Positions 24,555 to 35,697 of a stretch of 64,000 nt of DNA are shown here, piece after piece. The translations under genes and the position numbers were made by a program. Below the pieces are notes generated by a model that saw nothing but the letters and a program-made list of their open reading frames with translations, was not told the DNA's origin and made no database searches. The DNA lies in assembly GCA_051362555.1 (NCBI GenBank), contig CM120640.1, forward strand, positions 4,898,001 to 4,962,000, written 5' to 3'. This DNA comes from Lingula anatina (lineage: Eukaryota > Animalia > Brachiopoda). Numbering within the stretch: position 1 is the stretch's first letter; every line of letters begins with the position of its first letter.

Positions 24555-25778
24555 CTGGCAGGGCTTTCATCTCTGCCAAGGGAGTCACCATATATATACC
24601 TTTTCCTCTCTTTCAGAACTCCAGAAATTACAAAATGAGTACCGGACCTCCAGGTCCTCCAGAAGGGAGACCCTCCTCAGCAGACCTAGGTCAACCACCT
24701 CACTGACCATCAACTTCAACCATGCATCAGGGAGGACTCGGCCCATCTACGAGCCCGCTAGACCTGAGACCAACAGCAGGGGCCAGCACTACTGGACACG
24801 CCATTCCAGCACAAGGAGCCGCCCCACAGCGCGAGCGAATTTACACTCTTTTCCCCAATGGTCGTCCCGACGCCACAGGTCAGATGTCACATACAGGAAG
24901 TAATGTGTACGGATTTGCACCCACCCCATCACACGTGTTTCCACCCTATGGTCACCCTTTCCAGCCATTTGTCTTTTCGTCACAGCCTAGGGCACTTGGC
25001 CCCTATGGCTGTCCCTCCAACTTGGCAACCATGGACACACTCTCACCTTCCGTTCAACCATCCAACTACAGTACAGGCAACGGCGCACATCCCACCACAA
25101 GAAACGCAAGTGGATTTTGAAGACTTGCAAGGTAAGGTTGCATCCAATCTCCTTTCGGCACATCTAACAAAAACTATATGCCATAAAATATGGAATCAAC
25201 AATATGTCCCCGTCAAAGAGCTTATACCGTGCACTTCGAACACTTCCACCACGACCGACCATGAAGCAGCTGATGATCTACCAGAAACCAACCTCTTAAA
25301 ATCATTGGGCCTCACTAAAGACCAGAAGAAACCAAAGGACATCACTTTCGGCCAGTGGCAACAAGCCTTCACTCTTTTCCAAATTGTGCATAATCCAAAA
25401 TATACAGACCAAAGTCATAACCTTATTATTTACGGCAGTAGGATTTTGGAAATGTGGGCATCAAGGACCCTGAACTGGAGAGCTTACGATGAACGCTTTC
25501 GCTCTAATTCTATTCACTCATCCAGCATTATCGATCAACCGAGATTGCGCATGCGCTCTGGGAACGTCATTGCGTGGTCATCTTTGAGGACGTCATACAC
25601 GTGGGAAGAGACGCTCTAAGTTTTTGACGGTTTATTACGTATATTTTTTGTCAGGAAGACATTTATACCTTATTTACATTCTAACTGGGGTGGTACTGTG
25701 CCTCGACAGGCGCACCTCAAGTGTCAACTGAACACTCTTATACTGCGTGACACAAAAATTTTTTTTTTATCTGAGCCA

Positions 25779-26684
25779 ATGGCTGAAACGGCCAATATGG
25801 CAACACGTGCAACTTCAGACAGCACGCTAAATCCACCTGTTGTAGTCGCGAAAGGCGACTTGGTGGGTGAAATTCTATCGAACTCGATGAACGAAAGTGC
25901 CACTGAGAGTCCTATAAAAGACTTCTCTCACAAGAAGGCAAGTTCGGACAAAAGGAAGACCGAAAGGTCAAACAGCTCGGCAGCTAAGAGCAAATCTAAA
26001 TCTGAACTGACAGAGATTACAGATCAGTTAAAAAATATCAATGCAGCAATGGCAAAACTGATGCCTGTTGTAGCCGAGATGAAGGCCGCGTATGATGAGG
26101 CAAGATGTTACCATTTACAAGATAATGACTCTGACTCCGATGGGGGCAGAAATGACAGTGAGTTACAAGTATTGTCTGATAGGGAATTACAGGAAGATCT
26201 GCCAGATCTAGAACCCCATAGGAAAAAACACAAGCCTGATACTCAGGGTATAGAATTGTGTGACAGACCTCACGTAGCCGGCGCAGTCAAAACCGGAAAT
26301 GGGGACGTTTTACGCAACCAAAATGGCGGCGCCCAGTCATGCCAGAGCAACTCCGAAACGAAACTTAAAACCTGCGACAGGTTTGTTGTAAAAAAGAATG
26401 TTATGTCTGACAAAATAGACAGCGCTTTAGCAGAGAAAATTTCCGGTTATTTGATGAATGGGATTGACAAAACTGAGAAAGAAATCACTATGAAAAACGT
26501 TCTGTTTTTGCCACCAATAAACTGCCCGCGCCTAGATGTGGTACTTGTTAATCAAGGTGTGTTCAACAAAGCGGACAGGGAAACTAGGACGGGGGATGTG
26601 ATCCTACAGAATTTCCAGAAATCCCTTCTTAAAGGTATGACTATCTTAGCAAAATCAATATTACATCTGATTCTAACATTCTGA
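25779..26684 (+). CDS. DIRS1 gag-like ORF1 (C-terminally deleted)
   Basis: Open frame of about 300 aa with PINCPRLDVVLVN..RTGDVILQNFQKSLLKG, a motif typical of invertebrate DIRS ORF1. Confidence 0.7.
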   Translation: MAETANMATRATSDSTLNPPVVVAKGDLVGEILSNSMNESATESPIKDFSHKKASSDKRKTERSNSSAAKSKSKSELTEITDQLKNINAAMAKLMPVVAEMKAAYDEARCYHLQDNDSDSDGGRNDSELQVLSDRELQEDLPDLEPHRKKHKPDTQGIELCDRPHVAGAVKTGNGDVLRNQNGGAQSCQSNSETKLKTCDRFVVKKNVMSDKIDSALAEKISGYLMNGIDKTEKEITMKNVLFLPPINCPRLDVVLVNQGVFNKADRETRTGDVILQNFQKSLLKGMTILAKSILHLILTF

Positions 26685-26689
26685 ACATA

Positions 26690-27286
26690 GTGTCGAGCTG
26701 TGACATTGATTTCGAAAAAATCCCTTCACAAAATACTGTAACACCCTGTTTTTTCTCTGAATCTGAATCTGCTCAGATAAGGATTGAACTGGGAAAACTA
26801 TTAGAGAAAGGTGTAATTTCTATTAGTAAACCAGAAATGGGTCAGTATATTTCACCCATCTTTCTTAGGCCCAAAAAAGATGGGAGTCACCGGGTAATTT
26901 TAAATTTGATAACTCTGAACAAACGCGTCAGGTACAGGCATTTTAAAATGGACAGTATTCATACTTGCACACAACTTATGACTCCTAACTGTTACATGGC
27001 TTCTATAGATCTATCAGATGCATACTATACAGTGCCTGTCAGTAAAGATGCACAAAAATACATGAAGTTTGAATTTGAAAACACCTTGTATCAGTTTCAG
27101 TGCCTAGCTAATGGATTGTCATCTGCTCCTTTTCTGTTTACAAAATTATTGAAACCTGTGCTTGCAGAACTGAGATCTAAGGGTTTTGTTTCTAGCAATT
27201 ATTTGGATGATTTTTTCCTCACAGGGGACACTTTTGAACATTGTTTACCCCAAATGGTCAAGAACTTTTGTTGGTGTTATGACTGA
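26690..27286 (+). pseudogene. DIRS1 reverse transcriptase fragment
   Basis: SPIFLRPKKDGSHRVILNL, HFKMD, SIDLSDAYYTVPV, GLSSAPFLFTK, NYLDDF. Truncated. Confidence 0.9.
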
Positions 27287-27869
27287 TTTTTTGATATTGA
27301 TGAAAAAACCCAATTTTGTAAGTAAATTCAAAGCTACTCATCAGCAGCATAGAGATCAATCGCCCACCTCAGATCCCACCCTGACAACATCTTTTCACAT
27401 GGCTTTCCTGCTTTAAATAATGACGTTCCCAGAGCGCATGCGCAATCTTGATTGATCTCTATGCTGCTGATGAGTGAATAGAATTATAATCAAACTTCAA
27501 CTTACAGGTAAGTCTTGTTTAATTTTAAAATTTCAAGGCCTTAAACTACAAGTGGAATGAGACGGATCCCATTCTCATGACGGAAATTAGCCTCATGAAC
27601 AAACCTCAGTCCTTTCGTATCCAACAGATTTGCGGAAGATGCTATACCTGTGCCCGTTTTCACCCCTACATACGATGCTTCAGAAACCAAAAATCATCCC
27701 ACTTTGGGATCAGATACCAACAATAGCAATTCGGGGTATGCTTGGGAACACAGATCAAGGTTCTCGGGCCTTGCCAACTTCCAACCCCCAAAACAACCTG
27801 GAAAACACCCCTTTGGAAACAGAACCAAAAGATCATGAACTGGACACATACCTCTGTCACAACAAACAG

Positions 27870-29451
27870 GCAGCAATCAAACTGTCAGACAATGTCACCC
27901 CTGTAAACCCCAAGAACTTTTCAACATATTATCGGGTTACAATACAACAATCCATACTTATCTAGTACAAGGTTTCAGAGAGGGATTCTGAATTCCATTT
28001 CATGGGCCCCTGCCCCCATCCACTACAAAAAATCTCACATCAGCCTATGAGTGCCCTCGGGCACTCCCAAGACAAAATCAACATTGAGTTACAGGCAGGA
28101 CGTATTGCAGGCCCCTTCAAACAACCGTCATATCCTTTCTATACCATATCACCAGTCGGTGTGGTGCCTAAAAAGATGCTGGGGAAATTTTGATTTATCC
28201 ACCATCTCTCACACCCCAAAAACCTGTCAGTAAACGACGGCATCAGCAGCAGAGACTCTTCAGTTGATTACAACACCATCAAGGATGCCATCACCATCAT
28301 TCGATCACTAAAACCAGGAGCATTCATGGTCAAAACGGACATCGAAAGCGCATTTCCACTAATACCAATTCACCCTGATTTTCGCTTCCTCCTTGGCTTC
28401 GCTATAGAGAACAACTTTTATTTCGACAAAACTTTACCCATGGGACTTTCATGTTTCTGCAGAATATTCGAAATTTTCAGCACGGCAATTGAATGGGCTG
28501 CAAAAACTAAACTCCAGATCCACAAAATGACTCATTTGCTGGAAGATTTTTTCATAGCAGCCGAATCATATGAACAGTGCTCCCTTCACCTACAAGAATT
28601 TTTACACATGTGCAGCACTCTCGGCATACCCATCTCTCAGGAAAAAACCACACCCCCAGCCACCACCATGTCTTTTGCTGGCATAGAACTAGACACAGTT
28701 TTGCAAGAGGCCCGACTCCCACAGGACAAAATTGCTAAATGCCTTAACCAAATTGACTCTCATTGCACACGCAAGAAAATAACACTTCAAGAACAGTTGC
28801 TGTTATATTATACCATCTGGTAGAGCTTTCCTTCGTCGCCTGATCAATTTGACCAGAGGCATCTCCAAACCTTATTACAAAATTAGACTCACCTTTGAAA
28901 CACGTGCCGACCTACGTATGTGGCGGTCATTCCTACAGAACTTCAATGGAAAGGCATTCCTACACGATGAAGAGTGGGACAATACAGAGACGTGCCACAT
29001 TTACACCGATGCATCAAGTCAATGGGGTTACGGAGCTCTTTGAAATAAACAATGGTTTTGTGGCATATGAGATATAGAACTACGCAATTTAAACATAGCA
29101 GTTTTGGAAATGTACCCAATAGTAGTGGCTTTCCTTATCTGGGCTCAAAATTTCACCAACAACAAAGTAATCAAACACTGTAATAACCAAGCACTGGTTC
29201 ACATCCTTAATAAATGTACTACAAAAGAACCCCAAATTCTTCACCTTCTACGCATCATGATATTAACATGCATGGAATACAACATCATATTTAAAGCCGT
29301 CCACATACATGTAGCTAGTGAAGAAAATGTTGCGGCTGACGCTCTATCTCGGTCTGATTTTCAGCGCTTCAGAATAGCCAATCCGCAAGCAGACCCAAAT
29401 CCTCTGACCATCACGCAAACCTGGCTACCCGCCTCCTTGATGCACAACTAG
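27870..29451 (+). pseudogene. Ngaro RT-RNase H (disrupted by stops)
   Basis: GRIAGPF, ISPVGVVPKK, KTDIESAF, LPMGL, HLLEDFF (YxDD eroded), GIELDT, YTDASS, LEMYPI, NVAADALSR. Confidence 0.9.
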
Positions 29452-29459
29452 AAACCACA

Positions 29460-30323
29460 TTGCAACATGCAATATCTCCAAGCACAAACAGGATATATTC
29501 TAAAGCAGACCAGCTTTTAGAGGAATTCGGACGAGAGATAGGAGAACAAATCTTCCCAACTAGTCCACAAAACGTGGCCAGGTTCGCCCAATATTTATCG
29601 AGATCTTACAAACCATCCTCAGTAAAAACCTATACATATGCCACTGGCTATAGACACAAACTGCGTGGGTATCCAGACCCCTGGGAGTCATTCCTGGTGA
29701 GACAAACTTTAAAAGGGTTAGAAAAACAGAACCCTTCCAAAGATACCAGGCTCCCAGTCACCCCACAAATTTTGCTCAAGTTTGTTACGGCAACGGAAGT
29801 AGTCCTCGATTCTACATATGACATAGCCTTATACAAAGCCATGTTCACATCGGCCTTCTTCGCCCTGTTTCGGCTCAGCGAAATGACCACTGGAGCCACA
29901 ACCAATCACACCCTGAGAATACAGGACATTACCTTTTGCCATACCCAACAGCACTACACGGTAACTTGGAGCACCTTCAAACACTCTTCCCCGCCCTCCA
30001 ACTGCCAGGTAGTACTTCGTCGTCAGAGCAAAAAAATCTGCCCCGTTTATCATCTACAACAATACTTAGCAGTGCGACCATCCATCTCTACCTCTCCGCA
30101 ACTCTTCATTCAACAAACAGGAAAACCAGTCACAGGAAGCTACTTTGCAAGCATTTTAAAGAAATGCGCTATGGCTGCTGGAGAGCACGGATCTCAATTG
30201 ACAAGCCATAGCTTCAGAATCGGTGGAGCAACCTGGGCTGCTCAACAAGGGATGTCAACAGAACGGATTAAGAGGTTAGGCAGATGGCGATCAGATGCCT
30301 TTTCTCGTTACATTTGCTTTTAA
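29460..30323 (+). CDS. Tyrosine recombinase (YR) of Ngaro-like element
   Basis: Intact 287-aa frame with catalytic residues FFALFRLSE (R), FKHS (K), SHSFRIG (HxxR), GRWRSDAFSRY (W, Y), plus DTRLPVT and CPV. Confidence 0.92.
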   Translation: MQHAISPSTNRIYSKADQLLEEFGREIGEQIFPTSPQNVARFAQYLSRSYKPSSVKTYTYATGYRHKLRGYPDPWESFLVRQTLKGLEKQNPSKDTRLPVTPQILLKFVTATEVVLDSTYDIALYKAMFTSAFFALFRLSEMTTGATTNHTLRIQDITFCHTQQHYTVTWSTFKHSSPPSNCQVVLRRQSKKICPVYHLQQYLAVRPSISTSPQLFIQQTGKPVTGSYFASILKKCAMAAGEHGSQLTSHSFRIGGATWAAQQGMSTERIKRLGRWRSDAFSRYICF

Positions 30324-30492
30324 TTTTCACTTGCCATTATACAGGGTATACGGACCCTTCCTCCGTCATGGACATAGTTGCGCAAGGCTTAGCAACATCA
30401 AGAGACATGTGATAACGCTAGAACTATGACAATAGAACAGTTACTATGGCCACAAGCCATATTTATTAATATAGTAACCATACGTGCATCTT

Positions 30493-30496
<4 letters not shown>

Positions 30497-30569
<73 letters not shown>

Positions 30570-30729
30570 GATTACAACTTATACCAGAAAAGGTGATTAC
30601 AACCAAGTCAACTGTATATATATAGCATTACTCTCTTCAGCCACATACACTGCGAGTTGCTCAACGAGTTAGTCACCTTTACCTATTACGGCCACACTAC
30701 ACATTCAGCAGAGGCAAAATAAATGTACT

Positions 30730-30768
<39 letters not shown>
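30497..30768. repeat. Two (TA)n microsatellites in Ngaro 3' region
   Basis: TA runs at about 30497-30563 and 30730-30768. Confidence 0.9.
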
Positions 30769-31079
30769 TTCCCTACTTCTGTCTTACTCTCTCAATTTAA
30801 AAATTATTTGGGTGGGGAGAAAAGACAATCGGCGCAGTCTTTTCTTTGGCGGCATATCAAAAGCCCCACCTTTTATAATTATGTGTTACGTCATTCTAAC
30901 TAATTTTACTTAATTTCATTCATAAGTTACCAACCTTCATTCAATAGGGTGACTCCCATTTTCACCCACATCCGCACACATAATTATAAAACTTAGCAAA
31001 TAATTTTATTCCATAAGTCTTGGTTATAAGATTTGTTTCTCCAAACATCTGGGGAGGATCAAGAACACACCGCTGATGA

Positions 31080-31550
31080 AGCGAATGATGAAGCAGCTGC
31101 AGCAAGACCTGGAAGATGTCCGATAAAAAAATGAGGGAAAGGCTCAATTTCTACTTAACTCCAGAAAACATCCCATTGCTATGTAAAGTGAAGGTTAACA
31201 ATGTTATCTGGGACTCTCTTGATGCCCACTTCAGATCTTTTGATCTGAAAATGCAGAAAGGCCTAATCACCAAAGCAGTCATTGCAGGGGTGAATGCAGT
31301 CTCTACACTTAAAGCAGCTGGAGCCAATGATGACCCATTACACCAGACATTAAAACACACTACAGACAGTGTGGTCTTCATGGCAGCAGCATCAAAGGAG
31401 ATAAATCTCAGAGCTACTTAAGCCAGCCATTAATGCAGATTTTGCACAACTCTGACACCCCTATTACTGAAGAGTTATTTGGACCTGATTAGATGCAAAG
31501 ACTGAAAGACCCGAAGGACCAAGCAGTCCCTGCTTCCCCAGAGAGGGAGA
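31080..31550 (+). pseudogene. DIRS1 gag relic (second DIRS family)
   Basis: YLTPENIPLLCKVKVNNVIWDSL..RSFDLKMQKGL, homologous to the motif in ORF 25779-26684. Confidence 0.7.
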
Positions 31551-31559
31551 TTCCAGGTA

Positions 31560-32610
31560 TATTACAGCTCATGGATAGACGTAATATTTTGATCATTGGA
31601 AGTAGCAAAATACATTGGAAGGTGTAAAATACACCTAGAGCAATATCCTGATTTGGAGCAATGTTTTGTTATTTGAACAGAATTTTGGAATGCAAATGCT
31701 AAATGACTCAACTGGCAATTATATGATGAGAAATTTCAGCACAATCAACAGCAGCCAGGTTTCCACTGAGAGGATCCTAAAGGAATTTTATAAGCTGAAG
31801 TCAGGTTTGTTACTCGTCCCTCCAAGAAACACAGGGAATTTGGCATATGTTACAGATGGAACAGGGGTGCTCTAAGTAAAGAAACGTCATGTAGATTTTT
31901 ATGCATGACATGTAACAGCACTCATCGGCATGTTCACTGTCCAAGGAAGAATTACCAAAATATCAGTATTTATAAGTTTTGTGATTCAGGACCATGCTTC
32001 CCTCATACATTTCCATATGCAAAAATGGGGAGATATCAATGTAAATAAAACGCGATCACAAATACTTGAGGGTCAGATGCAATACATTATAGATGAAAAT
32101 AAGTTTTCACTAGAAATAGAAACAGATAATATGACACCTATTTGTTCCTCTGTATTAGAAAAAGATATACAAGAATATCATTACACACTTTTGACAGAAG
32201 GCCTCACTGAAGGTTTTAGAATTCCATACAATGGTCCACTGCTGAAAAATTCAAGTACTAATTTGATATCAATGATGGAATGCCCCCAAATCCGATCAGA
32301 ATAAGCACCAGAAGAATGTCACACCTACATGAAACACCTGCCAAATACCTCAAATTATCTTCCATTAGAGTTGTGCCCAAGTCCACCATGGGTTTATTCA
32401 CCATCTGTCTCATCCAGAAGGACACTAGGTTAATGATGGCATTGCCAAGGAATAATTAACTATACAATATGCTATGGTTTAAGATGGATTAAAATTGTAC
32501 GCGATGTAGGGACATACATGTATGCGTTCATGGCAAAAACAGATATAAAAAATGCATATCGTTTAATCCCCATTCACCAAGATTATCGATTTTCGTTGGG
32601 ACTGAAATTT
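31560..32610 (+). pseudogene. Second Ngaro-like gag/RT relic
   Basis: Fragments LTEGFRIPYNGP and FMAKTDIKNAYRLIPIHQDYRFSLGL, parallel to 27970-28400. Confidence 0.75.
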
Positions 32611-32642
32611 AATTTTTTTTACATATGGTCATGGGGGTCACT

Positions 32643-34484
32643 TGTTGTAATATGTGCACTGATGTGGCACATCTTGATCACGTGACCTGACATAGCGGAA
32701 ATAGTAATCTGGGATGCGCCATGTCAGATGACACATTGCAACGTTTTCCTCCATAAGATTTCCATGTGTTTCTGTTGATTTTATTTTAAATTGAATCACA
32801 ACATTTGGCGACAAGGATTAAAAACTTCAAAAATATAGCGAACAGTGATATTACAAATCTAGCGTTGCAGACTGCAGTTATGGATACATTGCTAGTGGAC
32901 ACTCATATAGAAGACAGTGACTATTCACTTATTGATGCAGCTTATGACAGCCTACTAGAGAAAAGAATATGCGAGGCAGAACGAAAGGTGACTCTAATGG
33001 AGAGGCGCATTGTAGAAATGGCTGATCAGCAAGCAAATATGGATAAAAATATCAGGAGTATTGAAGAGACTGTGAATAATATTGGACATACTATGAGAAC
33101 AGAAATTGAACAACTGTCTACGTCTTTAAAACAAAGCATGGACGAATTTATTGACAATTTCAATCATAAAACTGAAGCCATCCTGAAAAAACATTCACCA
33201 GAAAGACAACCACAGCGTCGGCGTCCAAATCCGTTCAATTATAGCCAGTCATTATTGCATGAAGTCTCAAATATTCTTGTTCCTTCCGGTGCTGAGAGAT
33301 CTGCCATGCCCGATGAGCCCATAGAACCTGTCCAACTTTATACAGGAGAAAAGATGAACCGTCACTCAGACGTGCCGAGCGATGTTCCAATACCTCCAAT
33401 TCAGCAACATAAACAACAAGATTGCGCGTTTTCATCGCCATCACCTCCAATGATACAACGCATCGTAACTTAGGCCCCACCACCACATCACAAAGCCAAT
33501 GATACAGTGTGTACTGACCATCAAGGTAGCAGAAACAAAGTGTTAGTTTATAAAATGAAACCTTTCGATGGATCCACGAAATTTAGTCATTTTTTAGTGA
33601 AATTCGATTTATAAGAGTAATGTGTTAGATATTTTGATATATAATAGTTTTGAGTTTAAGTTAAAGGTTGTGTTTATATATATAATTATTCCATAATGTG
33701 AATCAGTGCTTATTATATCACTATTATCGTAGTAAAAAGGATAAGTAACATTTAGTTTTAAGGTTGAGTATGTTTATATGTGAAGTCTCAATAAATGGAT
33801 GTGGGTTCCTTATTATACTTGGTATTATAGCCATTATAAAAGAAAGGATATACTTAGAAGTGATGGGTATTGCCACACTTTGTGTCTTAATCATATTTTC
33901 ATAGATGCATGTACATGTGTGTTAGTAAAATATGGGTAGTAAACAAATTTGACTTATTAAGAAGTGTAAATACTAATACACTAGTGCCGTTTTGTGCTAT
34001 TTATGAAAGCATTTAAGATCAGTGGTTATTAAGGTATAAGGTTGTTTAAGATAATAATGATAATTGTTAGAAAATAAGTTAAAGGGCCCATTGTTATGAA
34101 AGTGACAAGCTTATTTACAGGAGTAAACCTGCAGTTCAGATTGATTTAGGTCAAGTATTAGTTATGATATACTGGGAAGTGAATCAAAACTTATAAGCAG
34201 TCTCACCTTAATTATGGATTAATTTATTATAAGATACAACAAGACTTATTTTTTATAGAATATAATAAATATATTTTATTGTATACTATCTTTCTGATTG
34301 CTTTAAAAATAAAACGGGGAAGAATGTTGTAATATGTGCATTGATGTGGCGTGTCTTGATCACGTGACCTGATATAGCGGAAATAGTAATCTGGGATGTG
34401 CCATATCAGATGACACCTAGCAACGTTTTCCTCCATAAGATGTCCATATGTTTCTGTTGATTTTATTTGAATTGAATCACAACA
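32643..34484 (+). mobile_element. Non-autonomous Ty3/Gypsy-type LTR retrotransposon (gag fragment only)
   Basis: LTRs 32643-32803 and 34325-34484 (TGTTGT..ACAACA). 4-bp TSD CACT. PBS TGGCGACAAGGAT, one mismatch to the tRNA-Ser(GCT) 3' end. PPT AAAACGGGGAAGAA. Confidence 0.92.
32805..33613 (+). pseudogene. Truncated gag (coiled coil, Pro-rich linker, start of capsid)
   Basis: 222-aa frame, one TAG, then KMKPFDGSTKFSHFLVKFD, a capsid-start-like motif. Confidence 0.7.
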
Positions 34485-35156
34485 CACTTGTACTATCTTG
34501 TGTGTCATCATGAACATCGAAGTCGACAATGCAAACATTACATCCTGGTCTCTGCATCGGGAATACATGAACATCAAGTCGTGATATTAAAAGACATCAG
34601 GGGCACAGGTCTCTTAGTCCACGGACCAGGTAAGGCCCGCCCCACCTGAGTGGTGATTGTTCCCACATTATTGGTCTTGTGCACACTACCAGCAATATGG
34701 ACTGAAGGAGGTGCCAGCGGAACTGTCAACCACCAGTTTGCCACAATAGTGGCACAAACTAAGAGGGAAAAAAATTCTCCCCTGCACCAGTTATGGCAAT
34801 GATTGTGTCAAAGGCCAAATCTGCTACTGACAGGAAAAGAAAGCCTGTGTATACTGCCATATTACAAGAAAAGTATGTACTGCTTTGAATCTTCTTTAAA
34901 ATATAATATATACCCCAGTACGTTCATTTTATACTACATAAGCATATTAAGTAGATAAAATATTAGAAGAATTAGATAAAATAAACTTGTCCTTCATTAC
35001 AGAATACCCGTCACTGCACAATCTGAAATATTACAACTGAAAAAGAAGAAAGGGACGGCAATGGAGTAATTGCTACAGGAAACCAGGCCAGAAGTGGATC
35101 TTCCACTTGGCAGGGTTCAGATGGGACATTTGACATTTTTCCCCCCCCCATTTCAG

Positions 35157-35367
35157 CATGAAAAAAATGCTCACTGAAGTTGAGGTGCTGAAAGGTATGG
35201 TGAAGACCAACACCATATACCTCAAAAAGTTGCTTGACAAAGCAGCAGCTTCACTGGAAACAAATGAAGAGCAACTTCTTGAAGAATTTGATCTTCCTAC
35301 TTCTAGTGAAGTTGCTCTTGAGAGGGCAGAAGAATTGTTGGGAAGCCAACCCCATGGGCAATGCTTG
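35157..35367 (+). pseudogene. Isolated exon-like fragment (coiled coil plus FDLPTSSEVALERAEELL), DUF4806-like, probably transposon derived
   Basis: Flanked by tttcag and gtaag. No partner exons found. Confidence 0.3.
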
Positions 35368-35652
35368 GTAAGTTTTAAAATAATATTTGTTATATTTTTG
35401 CTTAGTATCCAGGAGGATACTGGATATTGAGGCACAAGTTAGAATACTTCTAGTACCATCTGGTTTATGCACTGGAGTATTTACTACAGGAAACCCATCT
35501 GGAAGTGGATCTTCCACTTGGCAGGGTGCAGACAGGATCTTGTCTGATCCAACATGTAAGTTACCCAGATACCTTGTTTGGTACATTGACATTAAGTATG
35601 GGCATGCGGTTGTCCACACAGCCAATTCAGCGTAAAGAATATAACAAAAAAA

Positions 35653-35655
<3 letters not shown>

Positions 35656-35692
<37 letters not shown>
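35656..35692. repeat. (TA)n microsatellite
   Basis: TA run. Confidence 0.9.

Positions 35693-35697
<5 letters not shown>

Larger units (their letters stand above)
25505..27531 (+). mobile_element. Internally deleted DIRS1-type element with inverted terminal repeats and internal complementary region
   Basis: Left ITR 25505-25570 is inverted at 27420-27486 with a 3' extension to about 27531. ICR ctcatcagcagcatagagatcaat near 27337-27360. Contains gag and partial RT; lacks RNase H and YR. Confidence 0.88.
24635..27840 (+). pseudogene. Gag-like ORF of Ngaro element, interrupted by DIRS1 insertion
   Basis: Pro-rich N-terminus, then WQQAF..Y..I..NWRAYDERFRS | FKALNYKWNETDPILM continuing across the insertion. 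Contains stops and frameshifts. Confidence 0.7.
23000..31065 (+). mobile_element. Ngaro-like tyrosine-recombinase retrotransposon (SGNH hydrolase, gag, RT, RNase H, YR), degenerate; boundaries approximate
   Basis: Ordered ORF relics listed separately. RT KTDIESAFPLIPIHP, RNase H YTDAS..NVAADALSR, YR overlapping the RNase H end. Confidence 0.85.

Noticed and set aside
27460-27490. Hammerhead core CTGATGA in the DIRS right ITR
   Set aside because: No stem II-GAAA-stem III arrangement follows.
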